A stretch of DNA of 64,000 nucleotides from Eledone cirrhosa (taxonomy: Eukaryota). Positions 15,478 to 30,200 of this stretch are shown piece by piece. Position 1 is the first letter of the stretch. Every line of letters begins with the position of its first letter. The position numbers and the translations under genes are program-made. The stretch lies in assembly GCA_964016885.1 (NCBI GenBank), contig OZ024756.1, positions 7,874,001 through 7,938,000 on the forward strand, in the 5' to 3' direction. The notes under the pieces are model-generated. The model saw only the letters and a list, made by a program, of their open reading frames with translations, made no database searches and was not told the origin of the DNA.

Positions 15478-17274
15478 GTAAGACTATATCTATTAGATAA
15501 TGTAGAGAGTGTGATATAGTAAGACTATAGGTTAGAGAATGTAAAGAGTGTGATATATAGTGTATGACTATAGATAGATAATGTAGAGAGTGTGATATAT
15601 ATAGTAAGACTATAGATTAGATAATGTAGAAAGTGTGATACATATAGTAAGACTTTAGTTTAGACAATGTAGAGAGTGTGATATGGTAAGACTATAGATT
15701 AGATAATGTAGAGAGTGAGATATATATAGTAAGACTATATATTAGATAATGTAGAGCGTGTGGTATAGTAAGACTATAGATTAGATAAAGTAGAGAGTGA
15801 GATATATATAGTAAGACTATATATTATATAATGTAGAGAGTGTGATATAGTAAGACTATAGATTATATAATGTAGAGTATGTGATATATATAGTAAAACT
15901 ATAGATTTTCTAATGTAGAGAGTGAGATATATATAATAAGACTATAGATTAGAATATGTAGAGTGTGTGATATATATAGTAAGACTATAGATTAGATAAG
16001 GTGTAGAGTGTGATATATATAGTAAGACTATAGATTAGATAATGTAGAGAGTGTGATATATATATTAAAATTATAGATTAGATAGTGTGGAGAGTGTGAT
16101 ATAGAATGACTATATATTAGATAATATTGAGAGTCTGATATATTAAGACTATAGATTAGATAATGTAGAGAGTGTGATATATCTTGAAAGAATATAGGTT
16201 AGATAATGCAGAGAGTATTTTATATATAGTAAGACTATAGATTAGATAATGTAGAGAGTGTGATATAAATAGTATGAGTATAGATTAGAGAATGTAGAGA
16301 GTGTGATATATAGGGTAAGACTATAGATTAGATAATGTAGAGAGCGTAATATATATAGTAAGACTATAGATTAGATAATGTAGAGAGTGTGATACATATA
16401 CTAAGACTTTAGATTAGACAATGTAGAGAGTGTGATATAGTAAGCCTATAGATTAGATAATGTAGAGAGTGAGATATACATAATAAGACTGTAGATTAGA
16501 ATATGTAGAGAGTGTGATATATATAGTAAGACTATAGATTAGAATATGTAGAGAGTGTGATATATATATAGTAAGACTATATATTAGATAAAGTAGAGCA
16601 TGTGGTATAGTAAGACTATAGATTAGATAAAGTAGAGAGTGAGATATATATAGTAAGACTATATATTATATAATGTAGAGAGTGTGATATAGTAATACTA
16701 TAGATTATAAAATGTAGAGAGTGTGATATAGTAAGACTATAGATTAGATAATGTAGAGAGTGTGATATATATAGTAACACTATAGATTAGAAATTGTAGA
16801 GTGTTTGATATAGTAATACTATAGATTAGATTATGTAGAGAGTGTGATTTAGTAAGATTATAGATTAGATAATGTAGAGAGTGTGATATATTAAAACTAT
16901 AGATTAGATAATCTATAGTCTTACTATATCACACTCTCTACATTATCTAATCTATAGTCTTACTATATCACACTCTCCATATTATCTAATTTATAGTCTC
17001 ACTATATCTCACTCTCTATATTATCCAATCTATTGTCTTACTATATATATCACCCTCTCTATATTATCTACTATATAGTCTCACTATAGCACATTCTCTA
17101 CATTAACTAATCTATAGTCTTACTATATATATCACACTCTCTACATTATCTAATCTATAGTTTTACTATATATATCACACTCTCTACATTGTCTAATCCA
17201 TAGTCTTACTATATATATCACATTCTCTACATTATCTAATCTATAGTCTTACTATATATATCACACTCTCTACA

Positions 17275-20200
17275 TTATCTAATTTATAGTCTTACTATGC
17301 CACACTCCCTACATTATCTAATCTATAGATGAGATAATATAGAGAGTGAGATAGAGTAAAAAATTAGATTAGATTATGTTGAGAGTGTGATATAGTAGGA
17401 CTATAGATTAGATAATACAGAGTCTGTGATATAGTAAGACTATAGATTAGATAGTGTAGAGAGTGTGATATAGTAAGACTATAGATTGGATAATCTAGGG
17501 AGTATGATATATATAGTAAATCTATAGATTAGATAATGTAGAAAGTGTGATATTGTAAGACTATAGATTATCTAATGGAGAGAGTGACATATATATAGTA
17601 AGACTATAGATTAGATTATGTAGAGAGTGTGATATATATAATAAAACTATAGATTAGATAATGTAGAGAGTATGATATATATAGTAAGACTATAGATTAG
17701 ATAATGTAGGGAGTGTGATATATATTATAAAACTATAGATTAGATAATGTGGAGAGTGTGATATGGTAAGACTATATATTAGATAATGTTGAGAGTCTGA
17801 TATATTAAGACTACAGAGAGTGTTATATATATAGTAAGACTATAGATTAGATAATGTAGAGAGCGAAATATATATAGTAAGACTATAGATTAGATAATGC
17901 AGAGAGAGTGTGATATAGTAAGACTATATATTAGATAATGTAGAAAGTGTGATATATATAGTAAATCTATATATTAGATGATATAGAGATTGTCATATAT
18001 CGAATCTATATTCTTACTATATCTCACTCTCTACATTATCTAATATATAGTCTTACTATATATATCACACTCTCTACATTATCTAATTTATAGTCTTACT
18101 ATATATATCACACTCTCTACATTGTCTAATTTATAGTCTTACTATATATATCACACTCTCTACATTATCTAATATATAGTCTCTAATATATCAAACTCTC
18201 TACATTATCTAATCCATATTCTTACTATATCTCACTCTCTACATTATCTAATATATAGTTTTACTATATCACACACTCTACATTATCTAATCTATAGTCT
18301 TACTATAGCACACACACTACATTATCAAAACTATAGTCTTACTATATATTTCTCACTATCTACATTATCTAATCTATGGTCTTACTATATCCCAGTCTCT
18401 ACATTATCAAATCTATAGTCTTACTATATATATCACACTCTCTACATTATCTAATCTACTGTCTAACTATATCATTCTCCCTATATTATCTAATCTATAG
18501 TCTTACTATATCACACTCTCTGCATTATCTAATCTATAATCTTACTATATCTCACTCTCTAGATTATCTAATCTATAGTCTTACTATATCACACTCTCTA
18601 CATTATCTAAACTATTGTGTTATGACAGATATCCCAGTCTCTACATTATCAAATCTATAGTCTTACTATATATATCACATTCTCTACATTATCTAATCTA
18701 CTGTCTAACTATATCATTCTCCCTATATTATCTAATCTTATGTCTTACTGTATCACACTCTCTGCATTATCTAATCTATAATCTTACTATATCACACTCT
18801 CTACATTATCTAAACTATTGTGTTACGATAGATATCTCACTCTCTACATTATATAATCTATGGTCTTTCTATGTCTCACTCTCTACAATATCTAATCTAT
18901 TGTCTTACTATATATATCTCACTCTGTACATTATCTGATCTATAGCCTTACTATATATATCACACTCTCTACATTATCTAATCTATAGTCTTATTATATA
19001 TATCACACTCTCTACATTATCTAATTTATAGTCTTACTATGTCACACTCCCTACATGATCTAATCTATAGATAAGATAATGTAGAGAGTGAGATAGAGTA
19101 AGACTATATATTAGATAATGTAGAGACAGTGATAGAGTAAGACTATAGATTAGATAATGTAGAGATAGTGATATAGTAAGAGTATAGATTCGAGAATGTA
19201 GAGAGTGTGATATGTATTATAAGACTATAGATTAGATAATGTAGGGAGTATGATATATATAGTAAATCTATAGATTAGATAATGTAGAAAGTGTGATATT
19301 GTAAGACTATAGATTATCTAATGGAGAGAGTGACATATATATAGTAAGACTATAGATTAGACTATGTAGAGAGTGTGATATATATAGTAAAACTATAGAT
19401 TAATAATGTAGAGAGTATGATATATATAGTAAGACTATAGATTAGATAATGTAGGGAGTGTGATATATATTATAAAACTATAGATTAGATAATGTGGAGA
19501 GTGTGATATGGTAAGACTATATATTAGATAATGTTGAGAGTTTGATATATTAAGACTATAGAGAGTGTTATATATATAGTAAGACTATAGATTAGATAAT
19601 GTAGGGAGCGAAATATATATAGTAAGACTATAGATTTGATAATGCAGAGAGAGTGTGATATAGTAAGACTATATATTAGATAATGTAGAAAGTGTGATAT
19701 ATATAGTAAATCTATATATTAGATGATATAGAGATTGTAATATATCGAATCTATATTCTTACTATATCTCACTCTCTACATTATCTAATATATAGTCTTA
19801 CTATACATATCACACACTCTACATTATCTAATCTATAGTCTTACTATATATATCACACTCTCTACATTATCTAATTTATAGTCTTACTATATATATCACA
19901 CTCTCTACATTATCTAATATATAGTCTCTAATATATCAAACTCTCTACATTATCTAATCCATATTCTTACTATATCTCACTCTCTACATTATCTAATATA
20001 TAGTTTTACTATATCACACACTCTACATTATCTAATCTATAGTCTTACTATAGCACACACACTACATTATCAAAACTATAGTCTTACTATATATTTCTCA
20101 CTATCTACATTATCTAATCTATAGTTTACTATATCCCAGTCTCTACTTTATCAAATCTATAGTCTTACTATATATATCACACTCTCTACATTATCTAATC

Positions 20201-23200
20201 TACTGTCTAACTATATCATTCTCCCTATATTATCTAATCTATAGTCTTACTATATCACACTCTCTGCATTATCTAATCTATAATCTTACTATATCTCACT
20301 CTCTAGATTATCTAATTTATAGTCTTACTATGCCACACTCCCTACATTATCTAATCTATAGATGAGATAATATAGAGAGTGAGATAGAGTAAAAAATTAG
20401 ATTAGATTATGTTGAGAGTGTGATATAGTAGGACTATAGATTAGATAATACAGAGACTGTGATATAGTAAGACTATAGATTAGATAGTGTAGAGAGTGTG
20501 ATATAGTAAGACTATAGATTGGATAATCTAGGGAGTATGATATATATAGTAAATCTATAGATTAGATAATGTAGAAAGTGTGATATTGTAAGACTATAGA
20601 TTATCTAATGGAGAGAGTGACATATATATAGTAAGACTATAGATTAGATTATGTAGAGAGTGTGATATATATAATAAAACTATAGATTAGATAATGTAGA
20701 GAGTATGATATATATAGTAAGACTATAGATTAGATAATGTAGGGAGTGTGATATATATTATAAAACTATAGATTAGATAATGTGGAGAGTGTGATATGGT
20801 AAGACTATATATTAGATAATGTTGAGAGTCTGATATATTAAGACTACAGAGAGTGTTATATATATAGTAAGACTATAGATTAGATAATGTAGAGAGCGAA
20901 ATATATATAGTAAGACTATAGATTAGATAATGCAGAGAGAGTGTGATATAGTAAGACTATATATTAGATAATGTAGAAAGTGTGATATATATAGTAAATC
21001 TATATATTAGATGATATAGAGATTGTCATATATCGAATCTATATTCTTACTATATCTCACTCTCTACATTATCTAATATATAGTCTTACTATATATATCA
21101 CACTCTCTACATTATCTAATTTATAGTCTTACTATATATATCACACTCTCTACATTGTCTAATTTATAGTCTTACTATATATATCACACTCTCTACATTA
21201 TCTAATATATAGTCTCTAATATATCAAACTCTCTACATTATCTAATCCATATTCTTACTATATCTCACTCTCTACATTATCTAATATATAGTTTTACTAT
21301 ATCACACACTCTACATTATCTAATCTATAGTCTTACTATAGCACACACACTACATTATCAAAACTATAGTCTTACTATATATTTCTCACTATCTACATTA
21401 TCTAATCTATGGTCTTACTATATCCCAGTCTCTACATTATCAAATCTATAGTCTTACTATATATATCACACTCTCTACATTATCTAATCTACTGTCTAAC
21501 TATATCATTCTCCCTATATTATCTAATCTATAGTCTTACTATATCACACTCTCTGCATTATCTAATCTATAATCTTACTATATCTCACTCTCTAGATTAT
21601 CTAATCTATAGTCTTACTATATCACACTCTCTACATTATCTAAACTATTGTGTTATGATAGATATCCCAGTCTCTACATTATCAAATCTATAGTCTTACT
21701 ATATATATCACACTCTCTACATTATCTAATCTACTGTCTAACTATATCATTCTCCCTATATTATCTAATCTTATGTCTTACTGTATCACACTCTCTGCAT
21801 TATCTAATCTATAATCTTACTATATCACACTCTCTACATTATCTAAACTATTGTGTTACGATAGATATCTCACTCTCTACATTATATAATCTATGGTCTT
21901 TCTATGTCTCACTCTCTACAATATCTAATCTATTGTCTTACTATATATATCTCACTCTGTACATTATCTGATCTATAGCCTTACTATATATATCACACTC
22001 TCTACATTATCTAATCTATAGTCTTATTATATATATCACACTCTCTACATTATCTAATTTATAGTCTTACTATGTCACACTCCCTACATGATCTAATCTA
22101 TAGATAAGATAATGTAGAGAGTGAGATAGAGTAAGACTATATATTAGATAATGTAGAGACAGTGATAGAGTAAGACTATAGATTAGATAATGTAGAGATA
22201 GTGATATAGTAAGAGTATAGATTCGAGAATGTAGAGAGTGTGATATGTATTATAAGACTATAGATTAGATAATGTAGGGAGTATGATATATATAGTAAAT
22301 CTATAGATTAGATAATGTAGAAAGTGTGATATTGTAAGACTATAGATTATCTAATGGAGAGAGTGACATATATATAGTAAGACTATAGATTAGACTATGT
22401 AGAGAGTGTGATATATATAGTAAAACTATAGATTAGATAATGTAGAGAGTATGATATATATAGTAAGACTATAGATTAGATAATGTAGGGAGTGTGATAT
22501 ATATTATAAAACTATAGATTAGATAATGTGGAGAGTGTGATATGGTAAGACTATATATTAGATAATGTTGAGAGTTTGATATATTAAGACTATAGAGAGT
22601 GTTATATATATAGTAAGACTATAGATTAGATAATGTAGGGAGCGAAATATATATAGTAAGACTATAGATTTGATAATGCAGAGAGAGTGTGATATAGTAA
22701 GACTATATATTAGATAATGTAGAAAGTGTGATATATATAGTAAATCTATATATTAGATGATATAGAGATTGTAATATATCGAATCTATATTCTTACTATA
22801 TCTCACTCTCTACATTATCTAATATATAGTCTTACTATACATATCACACACTCTACATTATCTAATCTATAGTCTTACTATATATATCACACTCTCTACA
22901 TTATCTAATTTATAGTCTTACTATATATATCACACTCTCTACATTATCTAATATATAGTCTCTAATATATCAAACTCTCTACATTATCTAATCCATATTC
23001 TTACTATATCTCACTCTCTACATTATCTAATATATAGTTTTACTATATCACACACTCTACATTATCTAATCTATAGTCTTACTATAGCACACACACTACA
23101 TTATCAAAACTATAGTCTTACTATATATTTCTCACTATCTACATTATCTAATCTATAGTTTACTATATCCCAGTCTCTACTTTATCAAATCTATAGTCTT

Positions 23201-23350
23201 ACTATATATATCACACTCTCTACATTATCTAATCTACTGTCTAACTATATCATTCTCCCTATATTATCTAATCTATAGTCTTACTATATCACACTCTCTG
23301 CATTATCTAATCTATAATCTTACTATATCTCACTCTCTAGATTATCTAAT
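17275..23350. repeat. Tandem duplication, 2 x ~3,033 bp
   Basis: Matching sequence at 17281/20314. ORFs 18376/21409 and 18615/21648 are offset by 3,033. A few substitutions and a 1-bp indel distinguish the copies. Confidence 0.9.
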
Positions 23351-24047
23351 CTATAGACTTACTATATCACACTCTCTACATTATCTAAACTATTGTGTTA
23401 CGATAGATATCTCACTCTCTACATTATATAATCTATGGTCTTACTATGTCTCACTCTCTACAATATCTAATCTATTGTCTTACTATATATATCTCACTCT
23501 GTACATTATTTGATCTATAGCCTTACTATATATATCACACTCTCTACATTATCTAATTTATAGTCTTACTATGTCACACTCCCTACATGATCTATTCTAT
23601 AGATAAGATAATGTAGAGAGGGAGATAGAGTAAGACTATATATTAGATAATGTAGAGAGAGTGATAGAGTAAGACTATAGATTAGATAATGTAGAGATAG
23701 TGATATAGTAAGAGTATAGATTCGAGAATGTAGAGAGTGTGATATATATTGTAAGACTATAGATTAGATAATGTAGAGAGTGTGACATATATAGTAAGAC
23801 TATAGATTGGATAATGTAGAGAGTGTGATATAGTAAGACTATAGATTATATAATGGGGAGTGTGTGATATAGTAAGACTATAGATTAGATAATGTAGAGA
23901 GTGTGATATAGTAAGACTATAGATTAGATAATGTAGAGATAGTGATATAGTAAGACTATAGATTAGATAATGTAGAGAGTGTGATATAGTAAGACTATAG
24001 ATTAGATAATGTAGAGTGTGTGATATAGTAAGATTATATATTAGATA

Positions 24048-24233
24048 GTTGTTTCTACTTTAAGCACAACGCCAGCAATTCACCAGTAACGTTACTGGTA
24101 CTTTATTTTATCGACCCCGTAAGGATGAACGGCAAAGATAACCTCGGCAAGATTTGAACTTAAACGGTAAAGTGACGTAACTATGCTAGAAAGCATGGCA
24201 TCCAAACTTCTACGGATACTGCCAATCAACCAT
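24048..24233 (-). mobile_element. tRNA-derived SINE-like insert, copy 3 (186 bp, variant b, B box intact)
   Basis: The minus strand has A-box-like TGGCAGTATCCGTAG (24210-24224) and B box GTTCAAATC (24151-24159). It differs from copies 1/2 by 1 indel and 3 substitutions. Confidence 0.82.
24151..24224 (-). promoter_or_regulatory. Putative internal RNA polymerase III type-2 promoter (A box + B box) of SINE copy 3; the same motifs occur in copy 4 at +6,875
   Basis: The B box GTTCAAATC matches GTTCRANNC. The A box is degenerate relative to TRGCNNARYGG. The boxes are about 50 bp apart. Confidence 0.5.
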
Positions 24234-27200
24234 GTAAGACTATATATATTAGATAATGTAGAGAGTGTGATATAGTAAGACTATAGGTTAGAGAATGTAA
24301 AGAGTGTGATATATAGTGTATGACTATAGATTAGATAATGTAGAGAGTGTGATATATATAGTAAGACTATAGATTAGATAATGTAGAAAGTGTGATACAT
24401 ATAGTAGGACTTTAGATTAGACAATGTAGAGAGTGTGATATGGTAAGACTATAGATTAGATAATGTAGAGAGTGTGATATATATAGTAAGACTATATATT
24501 AGATAATGTAGAGCATGTGGTATAGTAAGACTATAGATTAGATAAAGTAGAGAGTGAGATATATATAGTAAGACTATATATTATATAATGTAGAGAGTGT
24601 GATATCGTAATACTATAGATTATAAAATGTAGAGAGTGTGATACAGTAAGACTATAGATTAGATAATTTAGGGAGAATGATATAGTAAGGCTATAGATTA
24701 GATAATGTAGAGAGTGTGATATAGTAAGACTATAGATTATATAATGTAGAGTATGTGATATATATAGTAAAACTATAGATTTTCTAATGTGGAGAGTGAG
24801 ATATATATAATAAAACTATAGATTAGAATATGTAGAGTGTGTGATATATATAGTAAGACTATAGATTAGAATATGTAGAGAGTGTGATATATATAGTAAG
24901 ACTATAGATTAGATAATGTAGAGAGTGTGATATATATATTAAAATTATAGATTAGATAGTGTGGAGAGTGTGATATAGAATGACTATATATTAGATAATA
25001 TTGAGAGTCTGATATATTAAGACTATAGATTAGATAATGTAGAGAGTGAGATATATATAGTAAGACTATATATTATATAATGTAGAGAGTGTGATATAGT
25101 AATACTATAGATTACAAAATGTAGAGAGTGTGATATAGTAAGACTATAGATTAGATAATGTAGAGAGAGTAATATAGTAAGACTATAGATTAGATAATGT
25201 AGGGAGAATGATATTGTAAGACTATAGATTAGATAATGTAGAGAGTGTGATATAGTAAGACTATAGATTATATAATATAGAGAGTCTGATATATATATTA
25301 AAATTATAGATTAGATAATGTGGAGAGTGTGATATAGAATGACTATATATTAGATAATATTGAGAGTCTGATATATTAAGACTATAGATTAGATAAGGTA
25401 GAGAGTGTGATATATCTAGAAAGAATATAGGTTAGATAATGCAGAGAGTATTTTATATATAGTAAGACTATAGATTAGATAATGTAGAGAGTGTGATATA
25501 TATAATAAGACTATAGATTATATAATGTAGAGAGCGTGATATAGTAAGACTATAGATTAGATAATGTAGGGAGAATGATATAGTAAGACTATAGATTAGA
25601 TAATGTAGAGAGTGTGATATATCTAGAAAGAATATAGGTTAGATAATGCAGAGAGTATTTTATATATAGTAAGACTATAGATTAGATAATGTAGAGAGTG
25701 TGATATATATAGTAAGGCTATAGATTATCTAATGTAGAGAGTGAGATATATATAATAAGACTATAGATTAGATTATGTAGAGAGTGTGATATATATAGTA
25801 AGACTATAGATTAGAATATGTAGAGAGTGTGATATACATATAGTAAGAATATAGATTAGATAATGTAGAGAGTGTGATATATATAGTAATACTATAGATT
25901 AGATAATGTAGAGAGTGTGATATATATATAGTAAGACTATAGATTATATAATCTAGGGAGTCTGATATAAATAGTAAATCTATATATTAGATGATATAGA
26001 GAGTGTGATATATCTAATCTATATTCATACTATATTTCACTCTAAACAATATCTAATCTATAGGCTCACTATATATATCACACACTCTACATTATATAAT
26101 CTATAGTCTTACTATATCGCACTCTGTACATTATATAATGCATAGTATAGATATACATTAGACAATGTAGAGAGTGTGATATAGTAACACTATATATTAG
26201 ATAATGTAGGGAGAATGATATAGAAAGACAGATGAGACAATGTAGAGAGTGTGATATAAATAGTAAAACTATAGATTAGAATAATGTAGAGAGTGTGATA
26301 TAGTAAGACTATAGATTAGATAATGTGGAGATGGTGATATAGTAACACTATAGATTAGACAATGTAGAGAGTGTGATATAGTACGACTATAGATTATATA
26401 ATGTAGAGAGTGAGATATGTATTGTAAGACTATGATGTAAAGAGTGTGATAAATATATTAAGACTATAGATTAGATAATGTGGAGAGTGTGATATAGTAA
26501 GACTATAGATTAGATAATGAAGAGAGTGTGATATGTATAGTGAGACTATAGATTAGATTATGTAGAGAGTGTGATATATATAGTAAAACTATAGATTAGA
26601 TAATGTGGAGAGTGTGATATAGTAAGACTATAGATTAGATGATGTAAAGAGTGTGATAAATATAGTAAGACTATAGATTAGATAATGTTGAGTGTGTGAT
26701 ATATATAGGAAGACTATAGATTAGATAATGTAGAGTGTGTGATATATATAGGAAGATTATAGATTAGATAATGTAGAGAGTGTGATATAGTAAGACTATA
26801 GATTAGATAATGCAGAGAGTTTGATATATATAGTAAGACTATAAATTAGATAATATAGATAGTGTGATATAGTAAGACAATATATTTGATAATGTATAGA
26901 ATGTGATATAATAAGACTATAGATTAGATAATGTAGAGAGTGTGATATATATAATAAGACTATAGATTAGATGATGTAAAGAGTGTGATATATATAGTAA
27001 GACTATAGATTAAATAATGTAGAGAGTGTGATATATAGAGTATGACTATAGATTAGAAAATGGAGAGAGTGAGATATAGTAAGATTACAGTATCTAATAT
27101 ATAGTCTTTCTATATATATCTCACTCTCTACATTATCTAATCTATAGTCTTACTATATCACACTCTCTACATTATATAATATATAGTCTTTCTATATATA

Positions 27201-30200
27201 TCACACTCTCTACATTATCTAATCTATAGTCTTTCTATATCGCCCTCTCTACATTATATAATATATAGGCTTACTATATATATCTCACTCTCTACATTAT
27301 CTAATCTATAGTCTTACTATATCTCACTCTCTACATTATCTAATCTATAGTCTTACTATACCACACGCTCTACATTATATAATATATAGTCTTACTATAT
27401 ATATCACACTCTCTACATTATCTACTCTCTAGTATTACCATATCACACTCTCTACATTTTCTAATCCATAGACTTACTATATCACACTCTCTACATTATC
27501 TAATCTATAGTCTTACTATATCACACTCTCTACATTATATAATATATAGTCTTACTATATATATCACACTCTCTACATTATCTAATCTATAGTCTTACTA
27601 TATCACACTCTCTACATTATATAATCTATAGTCTTTCTATATCGCCCTCTCTACATTATGTAATATATAGTCTTACTATATATATCTCACTCTCTACATT
27701 ATCTAATCTATAGTCTTACTATATCTCACTCTCTACATTATCTAATCTATAGTCTTACTATACCACACACTCTACGTTATATAATATATATAGTCTTACT
27801 ATTTATATCATACTCTCTACATTATCTAATCTTTAGACTTACTATATCACACTCTCTACATTATCTCATCTATAGTCTTACTATATCACAAGATCTACAT
27901 TATCTAATATATAATCTTACTATATCACATGATCTACATTATCTAATCTATAGTCTTACTATATCACACTCTCTACATTATATAATCTATAGTCTTTCTA
28001 TATCGCCCTCTCTACATTATGTAATATATAGTCTTACTATATATATCTCTCTCTCTACATTATCTAATCTATAGTCTTACTATATCTCACTCTCTACATT
28101 TTCTAATCTACAGTCTTACTATATCTCACTCTCTACATTATCTAATTTATAGTCTTACTATATATATCACACTCTCTACATTATCTAATCTTTAGACTTA
28201 CTATATCACACACTCTACATTATCTAATCTATAGTCTTACTATATATATCACACTCTGTACATTATCTAATCTATAGTCTTACTATATCTATCACACTCT
28301 CTACATTATCTAATATATAGTCTTACTATATCACACACTCTGCATTATCTAATCTATAGTCTTAGTATATATATCCCACTCTCTGCATTATCTAATCTAT
28401 AGTCTTACTATATATATATCACACACTCTACATTATCTAATCTATAGTCTTACTATATATATATCTCACTCTCTACAGTAACTAATCTATAATCTTACTA
28501 TATCACATTCTCTACATTATCTAATATATAGTCTCACTATATCACACTCTCTACAATATATAATTTATAGTCTTACTTAATATATCTCACTCTCTACATT
28601 ATCTAATCTATAGTCTTACTATATATATCACACTCTCTACATTATCTAATCTACTGTCTAACTATATCATTCTCCCTATATTATCTAATCTTATGTCTTA
28701 CTGTATCACACTCTCTGCATTATCTAATCTATAATCTTACTATATCACACTCTCTACATTATCTAAACTATTGTGTTACGATAGATATCTCACTCTCTAC
28801 ATTTTATAATCTATGGTCTTTCTATGTCTCACTCTCTACAATATCTAATCTATTGTCTTACTATATATATCTCACTCTGTACATTATCTGATCTATAGCC
28901 TTATTATATATATCACACTCTCTACATTATCTAATTTATAGTCTTACTATGTCACACTCCCTACATGATCTAATCTATAGATAAGATAATGTAGAGAGTG
29001 AGATAGAGTAAGACTATATATTAGATAATGTAGAGACAGTGATAGAGTAAGACTATAGATTAGATAATGTAGAGATAGTGATATAGTAAGAGTATAGATT
29101 CGAGAATGTAGAGAGTGTGATATGTATTATAAGACTATAGATTAGATAATGTAGGGAGTATGATATATATAGTAAATCTATAGATTAGATAATGTAGAAA
29201 GTGTGATATTGTAAGACTATAGATTATCTAATGGAGAGAGTGACATATATATAGTAAGACTATAGATTAGACTATGTAGAGAGTGTGATATATATAGTAA
29301 AACTATAGATTAGATAATGTAGAGAGTATGATATATATAGTAAGACTATAGATTAGATAATATAGGGAGTGTGATATATATTATAAAACTATAGATTAGA
29401 TAATGTGGAGAGTGTGATATGGTAAGACTATATATTAGATAATGTTGAGAGTTTGATATATTAAGACTATAGAGAGTGTTATATATATAGTAAGACTATA
29501 GATTAGATAATGTAGGGAGCGAAATATATATAGTAAGACTATAGATTTGATAATGCAGAGAGAGTGTGATATAGTAAGACTATATATTAGATAATGTAGA
29601 AAGTGTGATATATATAGTAAATCTATATATTAGATGATATAGAGATTGTAATATATCGAATCTATATTCTTACTATATCTCACTCTCTACATTATCTAAT
29701 ATATAGTCTTACTATACATATCACACACTCTACATTATCTAATCTATAGTCTTACTATATATATCACACTCTCTACATTATCTAATTTATAGTCTTACTA
29801 TATATATCACACTCTCTACATTATCTAATATATAGTCTCTAATATATCAAACTCTCTACATTATCTAATCCATATTCTTACTATATCTCACTCTCTACAT
29901 TATCTAATATATAATTTTACTATATCACACACTCTACATTATCTAATCTATAGTCTTACTATAGCACACACACTACATTATCAAAACTATAGTCTTACTA
30001 TATATTTCTCACTATCTACATTATCTAATCTATAGTTTACTATATCCCAGTCTCTACTTTATCAAATCTATAGTCTTACTATATATATCACACTCTCTAC
30101 ATTATCTAATCTACTGTCTAACTATATCATTCTCCCTATATTATCTAATCTATAGTCTTACTATATCACACTCTCTGCATTATCTAATCTATAATCTTAC

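Larger units (their letters stand above)
8698..16368. repeat. Tandem duplication, 2 x 3,830 bp (each unit has 4 inversion junctions and 1 SINE)
   Basis: Constant 3,830 offset: 8711/12541, ORFs 9454/13284, SINE 11463/15293 and TAGGGTAAGA 12481/16311. Confidence 0.93.

Noticed and set aside
7534-21971. The remaining seven ORFs (7534, 9454, 13284, 18376, 18615, 21409, 21648)
   Set aside because: These are the same satellite translation. The identical or near-identical pairs simply mark the 3,830- and 3,033-bp duplications.
24150-24233. Functional tRNA gene in the insert
   Set aside because: Only degenerate A and B boxes are present. I could not build a cloverleaf, the box spacing is long, and the sequence continues into a SINE-like body with a TSD.
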